In this document: in pieces, positions 39,001-49,382 of the stretch
Layout: each line of letters begins with the position of its first letter
Position numbering within the stretch: the first letter of the stretch is position 1
Assembly (NCBI GenBank): GCA_026983715.1
Contig: JALSTM010000119.1
Span: forward strand, 1-59,075
From: Desulfobacterales bacterium
GTDB lineage: Bacteria; Desulfobacterota; Syntrophobacteria; B119-G9
Direction: 5' to 3'
Length of the DNA: 59,075 nt
Notes under the pieces: model-generated
The model's input: only the letters and a program-made list of their open reading frames with translations
Told to the model about the DNA's origin: nothing
Databases searched by the model: none
Position numbers and translations under genes: made by a program

Positions 39001-39149
39001 GACTTAACAACCCTTGACTCCAAGCCCATGGGGTCATTACGATTGACTAAAAGGAACTCTTGGCTCCGGAATGCTCCCTTCGCCATGCCGGACTCATGGC
39101 CTACTCGCCGGTTTTATAATTATCGTGTCAAACCAAAAGCCAGAGTACA

Positions 39150-39236
39150 GTCATTGCGATCCCGCACCCACTTCCTGCGAATTGTAGGAGCAATGGCAAA
39201 TAGTCGTATCTGAAGTAGGTGCGGGATCGCCATGAC
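39150..39236 (+). repeat. 87-bp palindrome-ended repeat (family M2), copy 1
   Basis: The sequence is gtcattgcgatcccgcac...gtgcgggatcgccatgac. Further copies lie at 44301-44387 and, rearranged and inverted, within 54391-54594. Confidence 0.8.
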
Positions 39237-39478
39237 AGAATGTTGCAAGTGTTTTTTGGGAATCGGTATCCTAGTTAGGGGCAAGCTTTGATCTGGCATC
39301 CAAAAAATTCCAAGCAGAGCAATCCCTGGATTCCCGCCTCCGCGGGAATGATAAGTCGCATAGCGACAACCAAAAACTTTTCTACGCCTAGAGGCGAGAG
39401 GTTTCGATCATCCCAGAAAGAGACACTACAAGATGTCCCCTGGCTTCTCGGAAGCCAGGGGGCATGGATTTTAGCCGC

Positions 39479-40855
39479 TTAATCCACGAAGTGATAGTAA
39501 TCTAGCCCGAAGTGAGTGATCTGATCTTCTCCCATCAGGTATCGCAACGTGTTTTTGAGTTTCATCAATTGGATAAATAGGTCGTGTTCCGGGTAAAGGT
39601 TTTCGGCATGCATGGGGCTCTTAAAGTAGAAAGACAACCATTCTTGTATACCGGTCAACCCTGCCCTTTGGGCAAAATCCATGAAAAGTACCAAGTCTAG
39701 AACAATGGGGGCAGCCAAGATGCTATCACGGCACAGGAAATCCACCTTGATCTGCATTGGATAACCAAGCCACCCAAAAATATCAATGCAATCCCAGCCT
39801 TCCTTGTTGTCACCTCTTGGTGGGTAGTAGTTTATCGTAACCTTGTGGTAAAAACCATCGTAAAGATCAGGATATACCTTTGGCTGTAAAATGTATTCCA
39901 GAACCGATAGCTTGCTTTCTTCTTTCGTTTTAAAGGACCCCTTGTCATCGAGTACCAGGCCATCTCTGTTGCCAAGAATATTGGTAGAATACCATCCCTC
40001 AAGGCCCAGCATTCTTGCCTTCAGCCCTGGGGCAAGTATCGTTTTCATCAGGGTTTGACCGGTTTTGAAATCTTTGCCGGCGATAGGAATACCCTTGGAT
40101 TTTGCCAGTTCTACCAATGCTGGGATATCAACGGTAAGATTCGGAGCTCCGTTGATAAAAGGTATACCACTTTCCAGGGCTGCCACGGCATAAAGCATAC
40201 TTGGCGCTATTTCCGGATCGTTTTTCTTGATTCCGTCGTAGAATGCATCAACGGACTTGTGTACATCGGTTGGTGCAAGGTAAGTTTCCGTGCTTGCGCA
40301 CCATATCATTATACATCTATCTAGATCATTTTCTTTTTTAAAGGCTTCAATATCGTCTTTTAATGCTTTGATATTATCTTCGTGGTTCTTATATGGTTTT
40401 TGGTGATCCCCGTCGAGGTTTTTTACGAAATCTTTGTTAAAAACAGCGGGAAGAGGTTTAATTCCACTCAAGAAATCGGCCAAGGGACCCACGTGCTTAT
40501 CTTGCAGTACTCCCGCTTGCTTGCAGGCGTCATATGCATTTGCCGGGTATATGTCCCAGCCTCCGAATACCAGGTCGTCAAGTTCAGCCAGTTTAATGAA
40601 TTCTCGGATCTTTGGTATTCTTTTCTCAAACCTCTTGCCAAGCCGTATGGTACCAAACTGGGTCAAAGATCCGATAGGTTTAGCATAACCTCGCCTTACG
40701 GCTTCCACTCCGGCAATAAATGTAGTACTAACGGCACCACCCAGGCCGGGAATCAAAACACCAAGTTTACCTTGAGGTTGAACGATATCATTTTTTTTTA
40801 GTACCTTTTCTTTTTCCAATGTCCTTTCCTCCTTCACTCTAATTAGATGTTCCAA
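39479..40855 (-). CDS. ino1: inositol-3-phosphate synthase (myo-inositol-1-phosphate synthase)
   Basis: The N-terminal region LGVLIPGLGGAVSTTFIAGVEAVRRG, the size (about 440-458 aa) and the overall pattern are typical of archaeal/bacterial MIPS. The start is uncertain (TTG at 40855 or a downstream TTG after a GGAGG). Confidence 0.8.
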   Translation of the reverse strand: MEHLIRVKEERTLEKEKVLKKNDIVQPQGKLGVLIPGLGGAVSTTFIAGVEAVRRGYAKPIGSLTQFGTIRLGKRFEKRIPKIREFIKLAELDDLVFGGWDIYPANAYDACKQAGVLQDKHVGPLADFLSGIKPLPAVFNKDFVKNLDGDHQKPYKNHEDNIKALKDDIEAFKKENDLDRCIMIWCASTETYLAPTDVHKSVDAFYDGIKKNDPEIAPSMLYAVAALESGIPFINGAPNLTVDIPALVELAKSKGIPIAGKDFKTGQTLMKTILAPGLKARMLGLEGWYSTNILGNRDGLVLDDKGSFKTKEESKLSVLEYILQPKVYPDLYDGFYHKVTINYYPPRGDNKEGWDCIDIFGWLGYPMQIKVDFLCRDSILAAPIVLDLVLFMDFAQRAGLTGIQEWLSFYFKSPMHAENLYPEHDLFIQLMKLKNTLRYLMGEDQITHFGLDYYHFVD

Positions 40856-40932
40856 TTTTACTATTCTAAGTATTACCGTAAACTAACTCAGTAACGTACA
40901 AATGCTAGCACTGTCCAAGGTCTTTCGGACTA

Positions 40933-41229
40933 TTAAAGTAACTCGATTTTGTCCAGTCCATATCTCTCGAGCAGATTTCTAATTTCAACCGGGAAAAGGT
41001 AGAGGACTTCTATAGCCTCAGCTGCTGGAACATTTTCTTTTAAGTACTCCGCAAACCCAGTTATCTTATCCTTGTCGGCTGATACACACAACCTGTCGGG
41101 TTTTTCACTCGGTTCACCTGAAGACCCCGGGAGGCATACGGGAAACCACCCTTTTTTCCCCTTCAAAAAAGCAACATAGAACTGGTCTTCCTTGTTTTTT
41201 TCCAGGAATTCCTCGCCGTCAAATTCCAT
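40933..41229 (-). CDS. hypothetical protein (98 aa)
   Basis: It is an ORF in operon context with no recognisable motif. Confidence 0.45.
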   Translation of the reverse strand: MEFDGEEFLEKNKEDQFYVAFLKGKKGWFPVCLPGSSGEPSEKPDRLCVSADKDKITGFAEYLKENVPAAEAIEVLYLFPVEIRNLLERYGLDKIELL

Positions 41230-41236
41230 CTTGGCA

Positions 41237-41494
41237 TCACTCCGCTTTTTTCTTGAGTCTAACGTACACGTGATTTAGAAACCCCGCTAGTATGGCTCCA
41301 CTGATTAAAATAATCAAGTTCGAAGCGAAAAAAGTTACGAGGAAAAAAAACGGGTTGGTAAGGTCATAGGAAGCTCTACAAAGCTCGATCCCAAAAAAGA
41401 GGAAAAAAACGGACAATATCCCTTGTATTATCTTACCTGTCCACCAAAATAAAGCTCTTTGTGATCTAGGTTTCCCGGCAGAATACTGTCTCAC
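41237..41494 (-). CDS. small membrane protein (85 aa, 2 TM)
   Basis: It has a 4-nt overlap with the upstream kinase gene and two hydrophobic helices. Confidence 0.5.
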   Translation of the reverse strand: MRQYSAGKPRSQRALFWWTGKIIQGILSVFFLFFGIELCRASYDLTNPFFFLVTFFASNLIILISGAILAGFLNHVYVRLKKKAE

Positions 41495-42882
41495 TGGTTG
41501 TTCCCCAATCTTGATCTATCTCGCTTCTTGGGAATGATAAAATAAAAAAGGTTTCCATTTTTTTGCGGTTTGCACCCCACTACTCCACCGTGTATCTCGA
41601 TTACGTGTTTCACGAAACTCAATCCATGTCCGCTACCCAGCTCAATTCCCATTCCTCGTCCCCGATAACCTTCTTCAAACACTCGTGCCGCTTCTTCCTT
41701 TGATAATGGCGGACCGGTCGTAAACACGGTGAATTGCACTCCGTCTATTCCCTGTCCAAAATAGTCCTTTAACACCTTCCGTCCGCACGAAACAAACTTG
41801 ACTTTGTGTCCCAGGTAATCCACTATTTCCCGGGTATACTTGACAGCATTGGAGAAAAAATTGTCAAACACCTGCGATATAAGCCCTTTGTCCACCAGCA
41901 GTTCTATTTCATCGTCGGGCACGTCTTCAAGCAGATTTTCAATAACGATACCCCTTTCCCTGAACTTAGGAAGGTATCTACTTAACACCGGTTCCAATAT
42001 CTCCCGCTTAAAATTGCAAGGTTGCTCTCTTAAAACGTACGTCCCCTTAACGAAGTGTTCTCTTCTGAATAGTGTTTCCAGAAACAGGCTTATATGTTCG
42101 TAATGTTTCTTAATTTCTTCTGTTTGGGACCTGAGTTCTCCTACATTTTCTTCAAACTTCTCCTGAAAATCAGCAAGCCTTTCAGCCATTTCTTTGCATG
42201 AACCATCGTCAAGCTTTCTTATCTCTTCGAGATCGATGCTTATTTTCTGGAAGTTTTTTATAATTTTATCTAGCCTGCGGAAGAAGAGCTTATAATGGAG
42301 ATTGGGGGATATAACGTTATGCTCAATATCAGCCACCAATCTGTTGATAAACTTGATATGTTCAATGTTTTGCTGTATGAGCATCTTCTGATGGAGGTTA
42401 TATCCAATTCGGTTGGTAAACTTTTCAAAAAAGAAAACCCAGTGCTCGCCAATGTCTTTCTCGCTTATAATTTCAAACATCCCCAGAATCTGATTTGGAA
42501 CATGGAAAGGTACCCTCTTTCTTAACGCTCTGTTGCCTCTGATGGGGAAGACGAAAGAAGAGCCTTTCCTGTAGAAGGAATCAGCCAGTTTTATATGCTC
42601 GACGTCACCGCTAGTACTTTCAACAATGCCATCTTCGCTGGTACAAACCAGCTTGATAACATTATCTTCTTCAACAAGGTAGAGCCTTGATTCCAATCCG
42701 AAAAATATCTTGGGGACTGCAACGCTAATGAGGTAAAGGGCTTCGAGACTGGTATACTCCTGGGCAAGGTCGAAAAACGTTGCAAAGGCTTCCTCTTGTA
42801 GCCTCTCGAAGTTGTATTTCTGGTAATCCTGCTTTTTCTTCTCGACTCTTCGTATTATTTGCTTTAGTCCAATCTTGGGCAT
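41491..42882 (-). CDS. cytoplasmic sensor histidine kinase
   Basis: It has a C-terminal HATPase_c domain (FDNFFSNAVKYT...GSGHGLSFVKHVIEIHGG) and an N-terminal GAF/PAS-like region. No TM segment is visible. Confidence 0.75.
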   Translation of the reverse strand: MPKIGLKQIIRRVEKKKQDYQKYNFERLQEEAFATFFDLAQEYTSLEALYLISVAVPKIFFGLESRLYLVEEDNVIKLVCTSEDGIVESTSGDVEHIKLADSFYRKGSSFVFPIRGNRALRKRVPFHVPNQILGMFEIISEKDIGEHWVFFFEKFTNRIGYNLHQKMLIQQNIEHIKFINRLVADIEHNVISPNLHYKLFFRRLDKIIKNFQKISIDLEEIRKLDDGSCKEMAERLADFQEKFEENVGELRSQTEEIKKHYEHISLFLETLFRREHFVKGTYVLREQPCNFKREILEPVLSRYLPKFRERGIVIENLLEDVPDDEIELLVDKGLISQVFDNFFSNAVKYTREIVDYLGHKVKFVSCGRKVLKDYFGQGIDGVQFTVFTTGPPLSKEEAARVFEEGYRGRGMGIELGSGHGLSFVKHVIEIHGGVVGCKPQKNGNLFYFIIPKKRDRSRLGNNQ

Positions 42883-42911
42883 AACGAGTCACCTGGTGTT
42901 TCTCACTTTAC

Positions 42912-43082
42912 CCTAAATCCGTGACGGAGCTTTATGGTGATTTGTCTAACATGTCTACCCTGCTGGTTGCAGGTCACACACTCAGCATGGGTCATTCTTC
43001 GTTGTCAAACAATTTTTTTCCGCCCCGCGGGCCGCCTATCTGCACCGCATCTGCAGCCCATGTGAACGATCACGGATTCATG
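42912..43082 (-). mobile_element. MITE-like element (family M1), shortened copy in inverted orientation
   Basis: Its ends, cctaaatccgtgac ... gaacgatcacggattcatg, are the reverse complement of the ends of the copies at 44476-44709 and 54623-54832. The interior is alignable with deletions. Confidence 0.65.
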
Positions 43083-43239
43083 TTTACAAATAAGCAGCCT
43101 AATGGGTGCATAGTCTTTTCACGGTTAATACCGGGGTAGGTTTTACTCCCCTAATGACTGCACGTAAATCAGAATACTGTAGCTTTCTCAAGTAAACAAG
43201 ACAAAAATGCAAGAGGTTTTTTCAGGGATGATGTGAATA

Positions 43240-44016
43240 CTAAACCGGGGGTTTTTTATTCTTTTGATCCTTCAGCTTGTTTAGCACATGCACGAAGCGC
43301 CAGAGAGCCGTCAAGTTGGTGCCCACGGCAAGCACTATGAGTGTTATGATAATAGTTGCATCCCTACCAAGCAAGGAACCGTCATCGGGTTTCACGGACA
43401 TGTTCAGGAACGTATTAATCATTCCGAACACCCCCAGGAAAATAATTCTCTCACCGCGCTGGAACAGTCCTACCAGGCAGCACTCTCCAAGCCCCTCGGC
43501 TCTGGCTCTCGTGTAACTAACCATAATCGACCCGAACACGAGGAAAATAAGGGTTAGGCTTATGATGTTATCTGCAATTCCCTGGCGATAAAAATAGTAC
43601 CAGAGCCCTATAATAATGAAGAGTTCAGTATAACGGTCGAGAACGGAATCGAGGAAGGCTCCAAAACGATGAGACTGCTCCAGTTCTCTTGCGAGGGCTC
43701 CATCAAGGGTATCAAGCAACCCGGTAAGAAGTGTTAAAAGTCCCCCCCAGAACGTACTGAAGGCAAAGGCAAAACCTGCTATTATGCTTAGAAAAAAACC
43801 TAAAAATGTTATCTGGTTTGGTTTTAATTTAAAAGAAATGCATACCGGAATGAGGTATTTGCCCAAAAACCTGTAGTAAGCGTTCTCAATTTCGCTACCC
43901 TTAAGCACCTCATCCCTCTTTCGTGGTCTGTTGGTTATACAAACCCCTCGGCAATCAAGCCGATCCTTCCATGGGTTACCGGCAAAAAGTAACCTTGATA
44001 ATACCAGAAACAACAA
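43240..44016 (-). CDS. CDP-alcohol phosphatidyltransferase family protein
   Basis: It carries the motif DTLDGALAR...G(x)FLDSVLDR, matching D(x2)DG(x2)AR...G(x3)D(x3)D, and is polytopic. The likely true start is the GTG at 43908, after AGAGGG. Confidence 0.8.
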   Translation of the reverse strand: MLFLVLSRLLFAGNPWKDRLDCRGVCITNRPRKRDEVLKGSEIENAYYRFLGKYLIPVCISFKLKPNQITFLGFFLSIIAGFAFAFSTFWGGLLTLLTGLLDTLDGALARELEQSHRFGAFLDSVLDRYTELFIIIGLWYYFYRQGIADNIISLTLIFLVFGSIMVSYTRARAEGLGECCLVGLFQRGERIIFLGVFGMINTFLNMSVKPDDGSLLGRDATIIITLIVLAVGTNLTALWRFVHVLNKLKDQKNKKPPV

Positions 44017-44090
44017 AAAAGTCGAGACTAATCTTACTCAAAGTCTGGTTGCCTCCCCTGCAGACCTTCCGCCAAACTTCCCCTCCCAGA

Positions 44091-44709
44091 TTAAGGGATC
44101 TCTGATAAATTCGGATCATTAGAACTAGTGGATCGATTCCTAAAGAACATTTGCAATATTCTGTCATTGCGAGGAGGCTACCAAAGGCAGACAACGAAGC
44201 AATCTCACTGGAATATCCAAGTCTTAGAATACTTCCCTATAAACATGTAGCGCTTTAGCGTGTCTTAATCCTGACAGTATCGCAAAAAATCTCCTGTTTT
44301 GTCATTGCGATCCCGCACCCACTTCCTGCGAATTGTAGGAGCAATGGCAAATAGTTGTATTTGAAGTAGCTGCGGGATCGCAATGACCGGTTTTAGGACT
44401 TTTTGCGAAACCATCAATATTTATCCTGAGTTTTGGTTGCGGCTTCGCTGCCTTAGCATTTTCGTCAATCAGTATCCTGAATCCGTGATCGTTCGCCTGG
44501 GCCGAAGGTGCAAGGAAGAGCCCGGCAGACTATAGTACGCCATGTCTGCTGGGCGATGACGCCGAAGATGCGGTGCAGGTGGACAACCTGCAGGGCGTAA
44601 GAAGATCGCTTGACAAGATGAAGAATAATCCACCCTAGCTATGTATCCAATAATGTGCAATTTAAATATGTTATACAAATTAGCCATAAGGTTTTATCAC
44701 GGATTCAGG
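44091..44709 (+). repeat. composite repeat block, left copy (leader repeat, M2 element, M1 MITE)
   Basis: 44091-44175 matches 54319-54402. An M2 copy lies at 44301-44387. An M1 copy lies at 44476-44709, with TIRs cctgaatccgtgat / atcacggattcagg. The same order recurs at 54319-54832. Confidence 0.8.
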
Positions 44710-44902
44710 AGTATCTCCTGATTGGCAAAAACAGCACTTTTTTCCGGATGCCCTGTGAATTTGCGATGACATTAAAAATCTTTTTTGAAACCCTCTAACG
44801 AAATGGTTTATTATGATAGCCAGATGTTGGCCTGTGATTGCTAAAAACGCACCTCAGTAGCCGATTTGTATTATCAACATAAAAGCTAAGCGAAAGGGGA
44901 AG

Positions 44903-45349
44903 ATGAAACTAGAAGACATCATGACCACCAGAGTGGTAACGCTTGAAATGGACGACACGCTGGAAGTTGTCAAGGAAATATTTGAGAATACGAGGTTTCA
45001 CCATCTACCCATTACAGAAGATGGCAAGCTTAGGGGAATTATTTCTGACCGAGACTTTGCACGACATATCAGCCCTTTCATATCGACTCTCTCCGAGCGA
45101 ACCCAGGATGTCAACACGCTTAAAAAGAAAGTTCACCAGATAATGAGTCGAGACATCATCACGGCTTCAAAGGAGACAACGATCCCAGAAGCGGCCCAGA
45201 TACTTTTGAAAACAAACGTCTCGTGCCTCCCGGTAGTTTCAGACGAAGGCACCCTAGAAGGAATTGTAACAATGAGGGATCTTTTAAGAGCCCTACTCAA
45301 AGACCACCTGGAAACCCTCAAAGAATGTAAAGGCGGCTTCATGACGTAG
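44903..45349 (+). CDS. CBS-domain pair protein
   Basis: It has two CBS units (IMTTRVVTLEMDDTL...HHLPI; IMSRDIITASKETTI...LPVV). Confidence 0.85.
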   Translation: MKLEDIMTTRVVTLEMDDTLEVVKEIFENTRFHHLPITEDGKLRGIISDRDFARHISPFISTLSERTQDVNTLKKKVHQIMSRDIITASKETTIPEAAQILLKTNVSCLPVVSDEGTLEGIVTMRDLLRALLKDHLETLKECKGGFMT

Positions 45350-45364
45350 AAAAAGCTTTCACAT

Positions 45365-46348
45365 TTACCTATACTTTTTCTTCCAGGCTTCAAAATCCCA
45401 GGTGGATAAGAATCTTTCAGCCGCGTTGACTCCGTTTTGAAAAAGCTTCCGGCTTTCTTCTTTCGTGATGTTAAAGTCTGTCGTTTTTATTTCTTTAGTT
45501 TTCCCATTTAGATTTATTGTGACAGGGATTCCTATAGTCCTATCATAATCACCCTTCGACTTTGATATATGGTAATTGTCGTGTGCATCCATCATGGTTC
45601 CAATAATGGCCTTCAGGAAACTGATAGGATTATTAATCGGGTTTCTACTTCCCGGCTTAAGAGTTCTTGTGTCCTCTTCAATGAGTTTAAATCCAAAGGT
45701 AGGCCACGGAGGATTACTCGTACCATCATCCAGCAACCATATCGGATAATTACTTAGGATACCCCCGTCTACAATGAAATGAACCCTGCCACTGGCGTCA
45801 GTTAGTTTTACAGGTTCAAAGAAAAAAGGAATGCTCATGCTCATCCGAACTGCCCTTGATATGCTGAACTGATCAGGGTCATAGCCGAGGGATTTCAGAT
45901 CCTGGGGAAGCACAAGGAGCCGCTTATCGGTTACATCCGAAGCTATAACCTGAAGCTTGTACCTGTATTTTTCTTCCTTGTACCTTGTCCTAATATCACC
46001 GAACATGGTTTTCCCTTTTTGAACCAGGAGATCATCCAGCCAGCCTTCAAAGTATTCCCCTTCGTATATGCCGTACTCAAAGCCAATACTCAATGCCTTC
46101 CCAAAGAGTCCCAGTTTATCTAGCAACCCTTCATCCTTGAACTTATTGTAATCGAGCTTTTCAAGTTCTTTCTTGATCCTGGAAGACCGGTAACCGACAG
46201 CCAATAGTGACGCCACGATAGCTCCGGCAGAAGTACCTGCAAGATTTTCAAATTTGTATCCAGCTTTCTCGACTACCTGCACGGCCCCAACAAGGCCAAT
46301 CCCCTTAACTCCTCCACCCTCAAAAACTGCGTCCACCTTTTTCGCCAT
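45365..46348 (-). CDS. patatin-like phospholipase
   Basis: It has the GGGVKG oxyanion motif, the GTSAG nucleophile elbow and the catalytic Asp motif DGGILSNYP. Confidence 0.85.
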   Translation of the reverse strand: MAKKVDAVFEGGGVKGIGLVGAVQVVEKAGYKFENLAGTSAGAIVASLLAVGYRSSRIKKELEKLDYNKFKDEGLLDKLGLFGKALSIGFEYGIYEGEYFEGWLDDLLVQKGKTMFGDIRTRYKEEKYRYKLQVIASDVTDKRLLVLPQDLKSLGYDPDQFSISRAVRMSMSIPFFFEPVKLTDASGRVHFIVDGGILSNYPIWLLDDGTSNPPWPTFGFKLIEEDTRTLKPGSRNPINNPISFLKAIIGTMMDAHDNYHISKSKGDYDRTIGIPVTINLNGKTKEIKTTDFNITKEESRKLFQNGVNAAERFLSTWDFEAWKKKYR

Positions 46349-46640
46349 TTCTTCCTCCGATATGAAAAATAAATGATTTAAAAAGACATTAGAAACCTCT
46401 GATTAGTTACCTAAAGAACCCAGGACCACCTGCACCCCGTGCCGATTCCCTGATCAAAGGTGTAGATTCGGCTCTCAGCTCCGCTTCGGCCGGATTGACG
46501 GATTTTGTATTGTGCATTCCTACTTCTATAATTGATTCCTAGTTCTAGGAATCCGAATCCATCTGGGTTTCCTAGAAAGAATTACTAACCCTCGCCTATG
46601 AGAGGGGGGGTGCCAACATCCTCGAAAGAAAACCCAAGCT

Positions 46641-47456
46641 TCATTTACATGTATCTGGCATTGCGATCCTTCGCCCCCAGTCTCTCAAAAGAGCAGCACC
46701 GGTAAGCTCCAGTTTTCCGGCTTCTTTTTCGAAATTCCCCCACACCACGCTAGCAATTGTGCACCATTCATCTATTTCCCTTGCCTTGTCAAAATGTTCC
46801 GGGGTTAAAACAGCGTATGCTCGCGGATTGCCTCTTAGGTCCGCCCAATTCTTGAGCGCCGCAAGTTCAGATAAAAGAATGTATAGGCGAATCTTCGAAC
46901 CGCGCGGTGCCTGAGAAAGTGCAGTATTCAAGTTCGCCAAGGAGTCCCGGAGTAGCCTCTTTAAATCAGCATATGGATAGTCTTTCTTCATCATGTGATG
47001 AAATGCCTGGTCATTTTTAACCAGTCCGCGAATTGCCAGAAGGAGGATTCGATCTCTTTCGAAGACTTTAGCTTTCGAATTTCCAAGGGCATCCGAAACG
47101 GTTTTCATGGCGCTCCCATAATCACCAAGCCTCCACTCAGCCATCGCCTTAATGGTATAAGCTGTACCCAGAAGCCTATCTTTCGCCAGGTTACTTTTGT
47201 TTTTTTCCAGCAGTTCAGATACAATTTTCACAGCCATCCTGTACGAAGTTGTAGCTTCTCCGGTTGATAGCAAGGCTTCCCCCGGATCTCCCAGCCTGGC
47301 ACGATTCTCTGCCGTCGCAGCCATGTTAAACTGCGTCTGTGCTTCTCTAAGCTGCTGAATGTGCGTTACACACCCACAAGCAACAAAAACAAGCATGCAA
47401 AAAGTGAAAAAAACCCTGCGTCTCAAAGGGCTTATCCTATTTAACTTAGTTCCCAT
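46641..47456 (-). CDS. probable secreted protein or lipoprotein, all-helical (TPR-like)
   Basis: It has an N-terminal signal-like segment ending FVACGC. Its start overlaps the stop of the upstream 601-aa gene by 11 nt. Confidence 0.55.
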   Translation of the reverse strand: MGTKLNRISPLRRRVFFTFCMLVFVACGCVTHIQQLREAQTQFNMAATAENRARLGDPGEALLSTGEATTSYRMAVKIVSELLEKNKSNLAKDRLLGTAYTIKAMAEWRLGDYGSAMKTVSDALGNSKAKVFERDRILLLAIRGLVKNDQAFHHMMKKDYPYADLKRLLRDSLANLNTALSQAPRGSKIRLYILLSELAALKNWADLRGNPRAYAVLTPEHFDKAREIDEWCTIASVVWGNFEKEAGKLELTGAALLRDWGRRIAMPDTCK

Positions 47457-49251
47457 TTATTCCTCCATTTATCGCATACATTAGCCCTTCCATAAACTCA
47501 CCTATGCTCCACACCTCTCCGCTTGAAATCTTTTTTATCTCTCTATCGATCGCAGCCTTTAGCAACCTTATATTTTTGGAAGAAATCCCTCCCTGTTCAA
47601 GTTGATCTAGGAATATCTCAACTATAACCTCAAACATTTCCTCCCTCCCAAGTACCCATCTAGCCTTTCTATCCACCTCGTCAGAAAGGATGGCAGATAC
47701 TACAGCATCGAGGGCAAGTCCTAGTAAAGTACTCGTCTTTCCATTAAGCGAAACCTTGTCTAGAAAATCCTTTCTCCGTGCAACAGCCTCTACTACTTCT
47801 AATATCACGGCCTTTGCCATGGTCGGGGTTATTCTATTCGGGGGCACTGACTTAAACGCATTTACGGCTTCCCTGATAGCCAAACCTGCAAGACTGCTCT
47901 CACCACCGGCAATATCAACCAGCCACTGAGGATTCTTGGCCACCTCCTCCAGCGTAGCCTCGAGGATATCAAGTATCTGGTTCTTCGTCAGTTCAAGTGT
48001 CCATCCGGAACCGCCGTCCATGGCATTGGCAAGTTCTTCAAGCACTTCTTTTGCCACGGTTATCAATAGGTGTTTGGCCGGGTCATTGAATCCGTCTGGC
48101 CATACAAGCCTTGCATTAATCGCAGTCTTTTCAAGAAGAAGGCGTACGATATCTGGTAGTAAGTCGATACCAATTTCTTGACTTGTAGCCGATAATTCAC
48201 TGGCAATCTCGGAAATTATTTTTTTTAGCCCTTCGTTATCAATACCCGCAAGCGAGGGGTACTCAGAAAGAACTTTAAGAGCTGCTTTGACCAGCTTGTC
48301 TATTGTTTTTCTGCCAAAGAGGTAGTCCAAGTCAAAGCTATCACTCCGGACCAAGAGGTCAACAATCGCTTTTCCAACCGATGTTACAAGAGCTTGCTCC
48401 TGCGGCTTGTGAATCGATAAGTATAAGCCAGGATTTTCGATAATTTCACTACTCAAATTGTTAAGGATGCTCCTCAGAACCAGCTGTGCCACGTCATATA
48501 CTCTTTCCTTCTTCGATAGGTCGGTTTCCCCGAGCTTTGCCAGGTACGCATTAATGTCAGAAACCAAGCCCCTGGAAACTGTTTCGACGAAGTGCTCCGT
48601 CACGTGATCGCCACCCAGAAGATCGGGATTTTCACCTATGGCTTCTATAGCCGCAATGAAAAGCCGACGAGCCAGCAGGTCTATTTCTTCCGAAGCAAAA
48701 TCTAGATCATCGATGGAATTAAGAAATCCAAGGAGCGCCCTTCCCTTTGCACTTTCCGTATCGATAAATTCGTGATTTGCTGAGAAATACTCGATCCCGA
48801 TCTCAATAGCCGTTCCTAGTATCCTCTGATAGACAGATGGAAAGGGGCTCTTTTTCAATGCCCACTGGCGTACTTTTACAAGGGAAAGAAGAGCTTCTGA
48901 CGTAAATCCAAGCTCATCTCCACGAATAACTCCTGCCTTAATGTCGTCTTCACGCTTGAAATCGAGGTAATAATCGACGTACTGTTCTTCTTCTGCCGGC
49001 GTCAGTTTTTCACCCCGCATCGATTTTTCATACAACTCCTTCAACCGAGCTACTTCGTTGAGATGTACTTGGCCGCTACCGCTAAAATATCCGTCTGCCG
49101 TCCCGATCTTAGCCTCGGGATTAAAGTCGGGTAGTGGTAGTACGAGTTCTCTTTTTATTGTAGCTTCAGCGTACGCCGTTTTTGCCTGGTGTCCCAGTTT
49201 AAGCCCAGCTTTTATTGCAAAGATGACCAGATCTCCAGTGCTAGTAAACAC
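47446..49251 (-). CDS. hypothetical 601-aa helical-repeat protein
   Basis: It is a long uninterrupted ORF with no P-loop or catalytic motif that I can recognise. It is translationally coupled to the downstream lipoprotein gene. Confidence 0.6.
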   Translation of the reverse strand: MFTSTGDLVIFAIKAGLKLGHQAKTAYAEATIKRELVLPLPDFNPEAKIGTADGYFSGSGQVHLNEVARLKELYEKSMRGEKLTPAEEEQYVDYYLDFKREDDIKAGVIRGDELGFTSEALLSLVKVRQWALKKSPFPSVYQRILGTAIEIGIEYFSANHEFIDTESAKGRALLGFLNSIDDLDFASEEIDLLARRLFIAAIEAIGENPDLLGGDHVTEHFVETVSRGLVSDINAYLAKLGETDLSKKERVYDVAQLVLRSILNNLSSEIIENPGLYLSIHKPQEQALVTSVGKAIVDLLVRSDSFDLDYLFGRKTIDKLVKAALKVLSEYPSLAGIDNEGLKKIISEIASELSATSQEIGIDLLPDIVRLLLEKTAINARLVWPDGFNDPAKHLLITVAKEVLEELANAMDGGSGWTLELTKNQILDILEATLEEVAKNPQWLVDIAGGESSLAGLAIREAVNAFKSVPPNRITPTMAKAVILEVVEAVARRKDFLDKVSLNGKTSTLLGLALDAVVSAILSDEVDRKARWVLGREEMFEVIVEIFLDQLEQGGISSKNIRLLKAAIDREIKKISSGEVWSIGEFMEGLMYAINGGINGN

Positions 49252-49382
49252 CTGTACCTCCTTGGTGACTCCATGGGAAATTCAATTTCCAATCCCACGG
49301 AGCTTTAATCGTACACATAAATTTGTCTATTAGCCTAGTTTCCCTACATTTCATCTCACTGGATGGATTTGTGAATTATCTG

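Noticed and set aside
39028-39482. 61-aa and 64-aa plus-strand ORFs between the peptidase and MIPS genes
   Set aside because: They run through the M2 palindromic element and a TTCCCGCCTCCGCGGGAATGA-type REP, which translates as IPASAGMI. They are artefacts of the repeats.
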